A DNA stretch of 64,000 bases from positions 245,067 to 309,066 of the forward strand of contig CAVPXS010000018.1 in the NCBI GenBank assembly GCA_963709775.1, read 5' to 3'. The notes under the pieces were generated by a model, which saw only the letters and a list, made by a program, of their open reading frames with translations, was not told the origin of the DNA and did not search any database. Below are positions 8,369-17,307 of the stretch, in pieces; the stretch's first letter is position 1; each line of letters starts with the position of its first letter. The position numbers were made by a program, and so were the translations under genes. The DNA comes from an uncultured Flavobacteriaceae bacterium. GTDB taxonomy: Bacteria > Bacteroidota > Bacteroidia > Flavobacteriales > Flavobacteriaceae.

Positions 8369-8863
8369 CTATTTTTTCCCTAATTCAATCACTTCAAGAT
8401 CTTTAATTTCCTTGCCATCGATCACAAATCTTAACATCGTCCTCACCTGGTGGAAGCCCTGCTTTCCTGCGGCTCCGGGATTCATGTGAAGAACGCCGAG
8501 TTTTTTGTCATTCATCACCTTAAGAATATGGGAATGGCCGCTTATGAAGATCCTTGGGGGGTTAGCTTTTATTTCCTCTTTTACAGCAGGGGAATAGCGG
8601 CCGGGATAACCTCCAATATGGGTGATCCATACATCTACTTCTTCACACATAAAACGGTTGTTAAGTGGAAACTCTTTTCTCACTTCTGCGCCATCAATGT
8701 TGCCAAAAACGGCTTTTAAAGGTTTTACTTTTTTGAGGGAATCGCTCACTGCAGTTGTCCCAATATCTCCTGCATGCCATAGCTCATCTGCTTCTTCTGC
8801 ATATTTTAGGATCCGTTCATCCAAATGTCCATGAGTATCACTAAGAAGGAGTATCTTTTTCAT
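8369..8863 (-). CDS. YfcE/MJ0936-type metallophosphoesterase
   Basis: SDTHG, HAGDIG, VFGNID, SGHSH, NPG motifs. Confidence 0.9.
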   Translation of the reverse strand: MKKILLLSDTHGHLDERILKYAEEADELWHAGDIGTTAVSDSLKKVKPLKAVFGNIDGAEVRKEFPLNNRFMCEEVDVWITHIGGYPGRYSPAVKEEIKANPPRIFISGHSHILKVMNDKKLGVLHMNPGAAGKQGFHQVRTMLRFVIDGKEIKDLEVIELGKK

Positions 8864-8968
8864 TGAGAATTTTTATGGTGAGATTAACAATCTAAAGGCA
8901 GGAAGAATGAGCAGTTGCCTTTAATGGCTTATCTTTGTTTCTTTAATTTGCAAAAGTAGAAATTTAGA

Positions 8969-9709
8969 TTGAGATATTTTTTGGAGCTGGAATACTTCGG
9001 AAAGGCTTATCATGGTTGGCAACGTCAACCTGAAGCAATTTCGGTGCAGCAAGTTGTTGAAGAATCTCTACGCACCCTGCTTCAGGAGGAAATCGAAGTG
9101 GTGGGAGCGGGAAGGACAGATGCCGGAGTACACGCCCGGCAAATTTTTGCCCATTTTGATTCCGAAGCAAAGCTGTCTAAAAGTTTTATTTTCAGGATAA
9201 ATTCTTTACTGCCAAAAGACATTGCGGTAAAAGATCTACTGTTGGTAAAAGCTGATGCTCATGCGAGGTTTAACGCTGTTTCACGTTCCTATGAGTATCA
9301 CATCACAACACGAAAAAATGTTTTTGTTAATGATTCGGCTTATTTTGTAAAGAGAGAGCTGGATGTGGAAAAGATGAATGAAGCAGCTAAAATTTTACTG
9401 CAATATTCAGATTTTAAATGTTTTTCCAGGTCCAGGACAGATGTTCACACCTACAACTGCAGCATACAGGAAGCAAGATGGGAACAACAGGGGAGTACCC
9501 TGATCTTTTACATTACTGCCGACAGATTTTTGAGAAATATGGTAAGGGCTATTGTAGGTACCTTATTGCAAATTGGATTGGGTAAAATAGAAGTGCAGGA
9601 ATTGCATCGTATTATTAATAGCAAAGACAGGAGCCAGGCAGGAGCCTCTGTACCGGCTCACGGATTGTATTTAACGAGGATCTTGTATCCCAATAGTATA
9701 TTTAATTAA
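8969..9709 (+). CDS. truA: tRNA pseudouridine(38-40) synthase
   Basis: GAGRTDAGVHA, FLRNMVRAIVG, PAHGLYL motifs; TTG start. Confidence 0.95.
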   Translation: MRYFLELEYFGKAYHGWQRQPEAISVQQVVEESLRTLLQEEIEVVGAGRTDAGVHARQIFAHFDSEAKLSKSFIFRINSLLPKDIAVKDLLLVKADAHARFNAVSRSYEYHITTRKNVFVNDSAYFVKRELDVEKMNEAAKILLQYSDFKCFSRSRTDVHTYNCSIQEARWEQQGSTLIFYITADRFLRNMVRAIVGTLLQIGLGKIEVQELHRIINSKDRSQAGASVPAHGLYLTRILYPNSIFN

Positions 9710-11481
9710 TGGCAGCATCAACGGGAAACGCATTTGATTTTGGACTATTTAAGCGATTGCTCAAATATGCGCACGTGTATAAGTTGGCATTTTATTTTGT
9801 TGCCGTTGCTGCTATCCTGCTTTCCTTTCTAAGTGTAATGCGGCCTTATCTATTGCAGCTTACAATAGATAATTCAATTGTGCCGCAGGATAATGATCAA
9901 CTCCTGTTCTACATCAGCCTCATGGTGGGAGTCCTACTCCTTGAGGTAATTTTTCAATTCTGCTTTATTTATTTCGCGAACTGGCTGGGCCAGGAAGTTA
10001 TTCGGGACCTAAGGGTAAATTTATTTAAACATATGCTGCAGTTCAAAATGAAATATTTTGACAATTCTGCAGTGGGGCGCCTGGTGACCAGGGCGGTAAG
10101 TGATATTGAGACTATATCCAGTATTTTTAGTGAAGGTTTATTTGTGATCATAAGTGACCTGCTAAAAATGATAGTTATTCTTGGCTTTATGTTCTATCAA
10201 AGTTGGAGGCTTACTCTTCTTGTCCTGGTAGTACTTCCTTTTATCTTATATGCTACACGAATTTTTCAGAAGAAAATGAAATTGGCTTTTGAAGAAGTTC
10301 GGACTCAGGTGGCGAATCTTAACACCTTTGTTCAGGAGCGAATTACAGGTATGAAGATCGTGCAGCTTTTCACACGGGAAGAAAAGGAGTATGAGAATTT
10401 TAAAGAGATCAATGATAAGCATCGCAAAGGCTGGGTAAAGACTGTATGGTACAACTCTATATTTTTTCCAATTGCCGAGATGGCGACTTCAATTACCATA
10501 GGTTTGATCGTGTGGTATGGTGGTTTAAGAGTTGTGGCGGGCAGTGAAGCTATTACTCTTGGGGTTATCGTTGCCTTCGTCGAATTGAGCCAGATGCTCT
10601 TCAGGCCACTTCGTCAAATAGCCGATAAATTCAATACTCTACAAATGGGAATGGTGGCCGCAAACAGGGTTTTTGGAATTTTGGACACACAGTCTTCTAT
10701 TCCCGATAACGGCAAGACCGTGGTAGATCATCTTAAAGGAGAAATTGAATTTGAGGATGTTCGTTTCAGTTATGTTGGGGATGAAGAAGTTCTAAAAGGA
10801 GTTTCCTTTAAAGCCCAGGCCGGCGAAACTGTTGCGATTGTGGGAGCTACCGGTGCAGGGAAATCCACCATTATTAATTTACTTAACCGTTCTTACGAAA
10901 TCTCCAGTGGCCGTATCCTCATTGATGGAATAGATGTAAAAGATATCACTCTCAAATCTCTAAGGGGAGAGATTGCCATTGTTCTCCAGGATGTTTTTCT
11001 TTTCGCCGATACTATTCTTAATAATATAACGCTCAATGATCCCACGATTACCAAGGAATCTGTAGTCCAGGCGGCTAAGGATATTGGTGTTGATGAATTC
11101 ATTGCCAGTTTGCCGGGCGGCTATGACTATAATGTCAAAGAGCGTGGGGTTATGCTTTCCTCGGGACAACGTCAATTAATCGCATTTTTGAGGGCTTATG
11201 TAAGTAACCCAAGTATCCTGGTGCTTGATGAGGCAACTTCTTCTGTCGATTCCTATAGTGAACAGCTCATACAGGATGCGACCCTCAAGATCACCGAAGG
11301 TCGTACTTCAATTGTCATTGCCCACCGACTGGCAACAGTGAAAAAGGCCGATAAGATCCTGGTGATGGATGCCGGTAAAATAGTAGAAATGGGAACTCAT
11401 TCCCAGCTGCTTAAAAAAGAGAACGGCTATTATAAGAATCTTTATGAAGTCCAGTTCATGCAGGAAGAAGAAACCCTTTAA
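9709..11481 (+). CDS. ABC transporter, fused permease and ATPase (exporter, MsbA/multidrug-like)
   Basis: Six TM segments, Walker A GATGAGKS, signature LSSGQRQ, Walker B ILVLDEATS; TAATG coupling to truA. Confidence 0.92.
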   Translation: MAASTGNAFDFGLFKRLLKYAHVYKLAFYFVAVAAILLSFLSVMRPYLLQLTIDNSIVPQDNDQLLFYISLMVGVLLLEVIFQFCFIYFANWLGQEVIRDLRVNLFKHMLQFKMKYFDNSAVGRLVTRAVSDIETISSIFSEGLFVIISDLLKMIVILGFMFYQSWRLTLLVLVVLPFILYATRIFQKKMKLAFEEVRTQVANLNTFVQERITGMKIVQLFTREEKEYENFKEINDKHRKGWVKTVWYNSIFFPIAEMATSITIGLIVWYGGLRVVAGSEAITLGVIVAFVELSQMLFRPLRQIADKFNTLQMGMVAANRVFGILDTQSSIPDNGKTVVDHLKGEIEFEDVRFSYVGDEEVLKGVSFKAQAGETVAIVGATGAGKSTIINLLNRSYEISSGRILIDGIDVKDITLKSLRGEIAIVLQDVFLFADTILNNITLNDPTITKESVVQAAKDIGVDEFIASLPGGYDYNVKERGVMLSSGQRQLIAFLRAYVSNPSILVLDEATSSVDSYSEQLIQDATLKITEGRTSIVIAHRLATVKKADKILVMDAGKIVEMGTHSQLLKKENGYYKNLYEVQFMQEEETL

Positions 11482-12251
11482 ACAAGGTCTGCTTTTAACT
11501 TTTGGACAAGATCATCCCTGTCTTCATACATGACAAATTCCCCGTCTTTAATATAGGAGATCTGTCCTGTTTCCTCGCTCACTACAAGGGCCAGAGCATC
11601 TGTTTTCTCAGTAATTCCTACGGCAGCACGGTGTCTCAGTCCAAAGCGTAGTGGTATAGTGCGATCATTCGAGACCGGAAGGATCACCCTGGTAGCGGTG
11701 ATGTAATTGTCTTCTATGACCAGCGCCCCGTCATGCAAAATACTGTTCTTGTAAAAAATCGATTCAATAATGGGTTGGTTGACCAGGATCTTCATTGGAT
11801 CCCCACTTTGTTTAATAAAGTCCAGGCTCGTATTCCGCTGGATCACAATAAGAGCACCGGTATTGATTTTTCCCATGTTTTCACAGGCCTTTACAATCGC
11901 CTCAACGTCATTGGGAGTTTCAAGGTCGTCCTTTATTAATTTCAATGTTTGAAGAAAGCGTCTTCTTCTGGCGAAATTAGTAGAACCAATCATGAGGAGA
12001 AATTTTCTTATTTCCTGTTGGAAAACCACTATTAGTGCAAACATTCCTACTCCTATGAACTCGCCAAGTACACTACTAAGCATTTCCATACGAAGTAACT
12101 GCGTGAGCTTCCAGGCGAAATAAATGATCACGATCCCAATAAAGATGTTGACAGCCACAGTGCCTTTAACTAATTTATAAATATAGTAGAGCAGGGCTGC
12201 AATAAAGATGATATCAACAATATCGAGAATGCGTAGATCTAGAAAATCCAA
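11478..12251 (-). CDS. dacA: Diadenylate cyclase CdaA (DisA_N domain, three N-terminal TM helices)
   Basis: Catalytic HDGA and GLRHRAA motifs; likely TTG start at 12251 (MDFLDLRILDIVDII) rather than 12323. Confidence 0.9.
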   Translation of the reverse strand: MDFLDLRILDIVDIIFIAALLYYIYKLVKGTVAVNIFIGIVIIYFAWKLTQLLRMEMLSSVLGEFIGVGMFALIVVFQQEIRKFLLMIGSTNFARRRRFLQTLKLIKDDLETPNDVEAIVKACENMGKINTGALIVIQRNTSLDFIKQSGDPMKILVNQPIIESIFYKNSILHDGALVIEDNYITATRVILPVSNDRTIPLRFGLRHRAAVGITEKTDALALVVSEETGQISYIKDGEFVMYEDRDDLVQKLKADLV

Positions 12252-12289
12252 AGTAGGCGTGTGTTTTGGTAAATGTAAAAAATTATAGG

Positions 12290-13114
12290 CTAGTTTTTTA
12301 ACTGCTGCAGTAATTTCACACATTCCACCGCTTCTTTCACATCATGTACCCGAAGAATATTAGCTCCTTTTAATAAAGAAACTGTGTTAAGAACAGTTGT
12401 GCCATTGAGGGCTTCTTCTGGCGTTGTGTGAAATGTTTTGTAGATAAGGGACTTTCTTGAGAGACCGGAGAGGATTGGTAAATTCAGGTTTTTAAATAGT
12501 TCCAGGTGGGACAGTAATTCAAAATTCTGGGCAATATTTTTAGAAAAGCCAAATCCGGGATCTATGATGAGGTCATTGATCCCAAGCTCTCTTGCCCGGT
12601 CAATTTTTTCAGAAAAGTAGAAGAGGATATCTTTGGTAAGATCCTCGTATTGATTGAGATCCTTCATAGTTTTAGGATTACCTCTCATATGCATCATGAT
12701 ATATGGTACCTGCAGTTTTGCAACAGTTGCCATCATTTTGTCATCAAGGTTTCCTGCAGAAATATCATTGATCATAGCCGCCCCTGCTTCCACACACTTT
12801 CGTGCTACTTCACTGCGGAAGGTATCTACAGAAATAATAATGTTCGGAAATTTCTTAACCAGCACCTCCACAACCGGAAGGATTCGCTGCAATTCTTCAG
12901 CTTCTGAAATATCTGTGGCTCCGGGCCTGCTGCTGTAAGCACCTATATCAATAAAATCTGCTCCCTCCTGAAGCATTTTGTCTGCCTGTTGCAGATGCTC
13001 TTCCAGGTCTTGTCTTTGTCCCCCATCGTAGAAAGAATCTGGGGTGATATTAAGAATACCCATTACTTTGGGAGTGGAAAGATCTATTAGATGGCCTTTG
13101 CAGTTGATATACAT
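12290..13114 (-). CDS. folP: Dihydropteroate synthase
   Basis: MGILNITPDSFYDGG, IDPGFGF, GLSRKS, RVHDV motifs. Confidence 0.96.
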   Translation of the reverse strand: MYINCKGHLIDLSTPKVMGILNITPDSFYDGGQRQDLEEHLQQADKMLQEGADFIDIGAYSSRPGATDISEAEELQRILPVVEVLVKKFPNIIISVDTFRSEVARKCVEAGAAMINDISAGNLDDKMMATVAKLQVPYIMMHMRGNPKTMKDLNQYEDLTKDILFYFSEKIDRARELGINDLIIDPGFGFSKNIAQNFELLSHLELFKNLNLPILSGLSRKSLIYKTFHTTPEEALNGTTVLNTVSLLKGANILRVHDVKEAVECVKLLQQLKN

Positions 13115-13200
13115 CCTAAAAAATGCTGTTTTTTGGTTGGAAAAATTAACTTTGACAAAAAGAATAAAATCAGCGAAATTTACACAAATTACCCGTTTCT

Positions 13201-13758
13201 ATGAAGGACACCTCTGCTCAATATGATTCTGTTATTGCCGAATGTCGCGGCCTTTTTATGAAGAAGATGAAAGATTATGGCTGTGCCTGGCGCATTTTGA
13301 GACTTCCCTCGCTTACAGACCAGATATTTATCAAAGCTCAGCGAATAAGAGGGCTGCAGGAAAATGAGGTGAGAAAAGTGGATGAAGGAGAAGTGCCCGA
13401 ATTTATCGGTATCATCAATTATTCTGTAATGGCTTTGATACAGCTGGAAAAAGGAGTCGCAGTACAACCCGATCTTTCAGTCAATGAAGTAGAAGAGCTT
13501 TATGATCGAACGATTGCACGTACGAAGCAGCTCATGGAAAATAAGAATCACGACTATGGGGAGGCCTGGCGGGATATGAGAGTAAGTTCCCTTACAGATC
13601 TTATTCTCCAAAAGGTCCTTCGAATAAAACAGATTGAAGATAATAAAGGCAAAACCCTGGTAAGTGAGGGGATCGAAGCAAATTATGAGGATATGATCAA
13701 TTATGCGGTTTTTGCTTTAATACATATTCACGAAAACAGCGAATTGAGTAAAACATAA
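13201..13758 (+). CDS. DUF1599 domain protein (nucleotide modification-associated, internal duplication)
   Basis: Two repeats (KKMKDYGCAWR / NKNHDYGEAWR and IINYS / MINYA). Confidence 0.8.
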   Translation: MKDTSAQYDSVIAECRGLFMKKMKDYGCAWRILRLPSLTDQIFIKAQRIRGLQENEVRKVDEGEVPEFIGIINYSVMALIQLEKGVAVQPDLSVNEVEELYDRTIARTKQLMENKNHDYGEAWRDMRVSSLTDLILQKVLRIKQIEDNKGKTLVSEGIEANYEDMINYAVFALIHIHENSELSKT

Positions 13759-13769
13759 AACGGTTTAAT

Positions 13770-14865
13770 ATGAAACTACTAGTAGGCATTTCCCGATGGG
13801 TAACAGGTATTCTATTCATTTTTTCGGGATTTATTAAGCTTAATGATCCTATAGGTTTTTCATTTAAACTGGAAGAATATTTTAGTCCTTCGGTACTAAA
13901 TCTGGAATTTTTAGCGCCATTTGCCCTGGTAATTGCTCTGTTGGTGGTGGTTTTTGAACTGGTGCTTGGGGTCATGTTGCTTATAGGTTACCTCCCAAAA
14001 TTTACGACCTGGGCATTGCTTCTTATGGTCATATTTTTTGGCTTTCTCACCTTCTATTCAGCCTATTACAATAAGGTGACAGATTGTGGATGTTTCGGGG
14101 ATGCCATTCCTCTCACGCCCTGGCAGTCTTTTTATAAAGATATGTTCCTCCTGGTGCTTATATCTAATCCTCTTCTTTAACAGGGAATACATCACCCCTT
14201 ATTTTGCCAAAGCCTCTCATAGATGGATCGTTTTTCTGTCGTTCATGCTCTGTTTCGTGTTTGCCTATTATGTATTGATGTACCTGCCGGTTTTTGATTT
14301 CCGGGCGTATAAGGAAGGGACAAATATTGAACAGGCCATGACCGTTCCCCCGGGAGCGCCCGAGGCAGTCTATGATTACCACTGGAAGTTCCGGGTGAAC
14401 GGGGAAGAAAAAATCTACACTACCAGGGGCGCCTACCCTTCGGTACAGGGAGAGTTTATAGAAGTAGAAACCGAAATGGTCCAGAAAGGCTACGAACCTC
14501 CCATTCATGATTTTTCCATAGAAAAAGATGGGGAGGATCAAATTTCGACAATCCTTGCTGAAGATAAGCTCCTCATGATCGTTGCTTACAGCCTTCGCCG
14601 TAGTGAAAATGATGGCCTTCGCAAGCTTCAGGATGTAATTGAAAAAGCCCGAAGTAATGGATATAGGGTTATAGGACTTTCTGCTTCGGGAGAAGACCTT
14701 AAGGAGGAAATGAATCAAAAATACAACCTGGACCTGGACTGGTATTTCAGTGATGAAACTGCTCTCAAGACGATCATTAGGAGTAACCCGGGGCTTGTGA
14801 AACTTGAGGAAGGAACTATTCTTCAAAAACTGCACTGGAACGATTCCGAGAAGCTTGAGCTTTAA
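13770..14865 (+). CDS. DoxX/MauE-family membrane protein (BT_3928-like); one extra base near 14160 splits it (about 364 aa when corrected)
   Basis: SGFIKLNDP and DCGCFGD motifs in 13770-14180; continuation LILFFNREY in the +1 frame to 14865. Confidence 0.85.
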
Positions 14866-15072
14866 AGGGTCTCAAAAAAGGCATTTTTGGGAAGGAATAT
14901 TTCCGCAGTAATTTTAGATCATACTCACTTCAGCAAAAATTTGTTTCTGAAAATCTGAGGCTGAAAAAAATTCAGATAACTTCAGGTTTACAGGTGTCAA
15001 AAATGGCATATTTTATATCTCATTTTTCGTGGTTTTTCTTGGCTTTCCGCAGGTTCTTAAAGTCTGCAGCCT

Positions 15073-15080
15073 TATATTTG
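15073..15080 (+). promoter_or_regulatory. -7 element (TATATTTG) for tpiA-prmA, implying a leader of about 125 nt
   Basis: Exact TAnnTTTG match. Confidence 0.55.
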
Positions 15081-15209
15081 CACTTCCAAAACCCAGTAAA
15101 ATTCCGCTTGAGTTAACCGGTTCATTATTAAGATTTTCCGGAGGGATTTTATAAAAGTTTTGGCTAAACCATCAAAAACAGAATACTAACTTACCATTAA
15201 ACATTGATT

Positions 15210-15962
15210 ATGAGAGATAAAATAGTAGCCGGAAACTGGAAAATGAATAATGATTTGGCGCAAACTGAAGATTTGCTGTCAAACCTTAAAAAACTTTATA
15301 AGGAATCTGAAGGTGTAAGAGTGATTGTAGCACCTTCCTTCACCAACCTGCACCACGCGTTTGAATCTTTACGAAAGTCGTCCATTGACGTGGCTGCGCA
15401 AAATATGAATGAGAACAGTGAAGGAGCTTATACAGGTGAGGTTTCTGCAAGAATGCTTACCAGTATTGGAGTAAAAACTGTCATTTTAGGACATAGTGAG
15501 CGCCGTGCCATTTATAAGGAAACAGATGAACTGCTGGCAAAGAAAGTAGATGCTGCATTGGAAAATGACATGGAGGTGATCTTTTGCTGCGGAGAGGAGC
15601 TTAATGAAAGAAAAGCCGATAAACATTTTGATGTTGTAAAACGACAGCTGGAAAAAGGCCTTTTTCATGTATCTGAAGCCAACTGGAAGAAAATTGTAAT
15701 TGCATATGAACCGGTATGGGCGATTGGAACAGGAGAAACTGCTTCTCCCGAACAGGCACAGGAAATGCACGCCTTCATAAGAAAAACTGTTGCCGAAAAA
15801 TTTGGCAATGACTTGGCGAATGAAGTGGCAATTCTTTATGGCGGAAGCGTAAAGCCCGGAAATGCGCAGGAAATATTTGCAAAAGAAGATGTAGATGGCG
15901 GACTTATTGGCGGTGCCAGTCTTAATGCCGAAGATTTTATGGCTATTGCCAATGCCTTTTAA
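15210..15962 (+). CDS. tpiA: Triosephosphate isomerase
   Basis: AGNWKM, LGHSERR, AYEPVWAIGTG, GLIGGASL motifs; ATG at 15210. Confidence 0.98.
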   Translation: MRDKIVAGNWKMNNDLAQTEDLLSNLKKLYKESEGVRVIVAPSFTNLHHAFESLRKSSIDVAAQNMNENSEGAYTGEVSARMLTSIGVKTVILGHSERRAIYKETDELLAKKVDAALENDMEVIFCCGEELNERKADKHFDVVKRQLEKGLFHVSEANWKKIVIAYEPVWAIGTGETASPEQAQEMHAFIRKTVAEKFGNDLANEVAILYGGSVKPGNAQEIFAKEDVDGGLIGGASLNAEDFMAIANAF

Positions 15963-15964
15963 AA

Positions 15965-16810
15965 ATGGAGAATATGAATTACCTGGAGTTTAAATTTTTG
16001 ATTGAGCCTCCACAACCGGCTTCCGAAATTCTTATTGCCGAACTCGGCATGGTAGGTTTTGAAAGTTTTGTGGAGAATGAAGACGGGATCACAGCATATA
16101 TTCCAAAAGAAGAATATGATGCCGAGTCCATGACGGGAATACACATTCTCCAGTCCAATGAATTTGATATTTCCTTTACCCAGACCGAAATTGAACAGGT
16201 GAACTGGAATGTTGAGTGGGAAAAGAATTTCCACCCTATTGTAGTAAACGAGCAATGCGGAGTAAGGGCACCCTTTCACCCAAAACCCGATGTCACCTAT
16301 GATATAGTGATCGAGCCAAAAATGTCATTTGGGACGGGTCATCATGCGACCACTCACATGATGATCGAATTTCTACTTGAGCAGGACCTGCAAGGGAAAA
16401 AAGTTCTTGATATGGGTTGCGGCACCGGAGTATTGGCCATAGTGGCCGAAAAAAGAGGTGCATCCCAGTTGGATGCTATTGATATTGACAACTGGTGCTA
16501 CCAAAATACCCAGGAGAATGTAGAGCGCAATGAGTGCAGTAAGATTGAGGCTTTCGAAGGTGGGGCAGAATTGCTGCAGGACCGTCATTATGATGTCATC
16601 ATAGCCAATATAAACAGGAATATTCTATTAGAAGATATGCTGAGTTATAATAGATCCCTTAATAAGGGTGGAGAGTTGTACCTCAGTGGATTCTATTCCG
16701 GAGATATCCCCGTGATAAAAGCGGAATGTGAAAAATATGGCCTGGAATATGAAGATTCCAAAGAGCGGGAAGAATGGGTGGCTTTAAAGTTTCTCAAAAA
16801 GAAGGATTGA
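15965..16810 (+). CDS. prmA: Ribosomal protein L11 methyltransferase
   Basis: PKMSFGTGHH, VLDMGCGTG, ANINRN motifs. Confidence 0.95.
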   Translation: MENMNYLEFKFLIEPPQPASEILIAELGMVGFESFVENEDGITAYIPKEEYDAESMTGIHILQSNEFDISFTQTEIEQVNWNVEWEKNFHPIVVNEQCGVRAPFHPKPDVTYDIVIEPKMSFGTGHHATTHMMIEFLLEQDLQGKKVLDMGCGTGVLAIVAEKRGASQLDAIDIDNWCYQNTQENVERNECSKIEAFEGGAELLQDRHYDVIIANINRNILLEDMLSYNRSLNKGGELYLSGFYSGDIPVIKAECEKYGLEYEDSKEREEWVALKFLKKKD

Positions 16811-16860
16811 GAAGAAATTCTTATATTTGAAGCTGTTTTTGCAAATGAAAATGTCTGGTT

Positions 16861-17136
16861 ATGAGCACACAAGAACAAGTTCTTGAAAAGAAGAAAGTTG
16901 AAAGCAAGGAGTCAAAACTTCATGAGATCGTTTTATATAATGATGACTATAACACGTTTGATCATGTTATAGAAACCCTTATCATAGCCTGTGATCACAC
17001 TCCCGAGCAGGCCGAGCAGTGTTCTCTGCTTGTGCATTATAAGGGGAAATGTACTGTGAAAACGGGTACGTATAAAGAACTCGAACCCCGCTGTGGCAAG
17101 TTGCTTGAAGAAGGTTTGACCGCAGAGATTGTTTAG
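16861..17136 (+). CDS. clpS: ATP-dependent Clp protease adaptor
   Basis: IVLYNDDYNTFDHV...VHYKGK motif. Confidence 0.93.
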   Translation: MSTQEQVLEKKKVESKESKLHEIVLYNDDYNTFDHVIETLIIACDHTPEQAEQCSLLVHYKGKCTVKTGTYKELEPRCGKLLEEGLTAEIV

Positions 17137-17160
17137 AGAGTTAAAACCAATTTTTATATG

Positions 17161-17188
17161 GGCAGGAGTATAACTCCTGCCTTTTTTT
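17161..17188 (+). terminator. Intrinsic terminator after clpS
   Basis: GGCAGGAGT-ATA-ACTCCTGCC followed by a T run. Confidence 0.9.
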
Positions 17189-17307
17189 ATTTGTATTAGC
17201 AAAAATACTGGGTTATTATCTGCTCCAACCTAGTCTTTTATGAATTTATTAAGGATTTGTTCCCAAAACACTAATTTCTTGTTAAGCCTTTTTAGTAAGT
17301 TTGTAGT

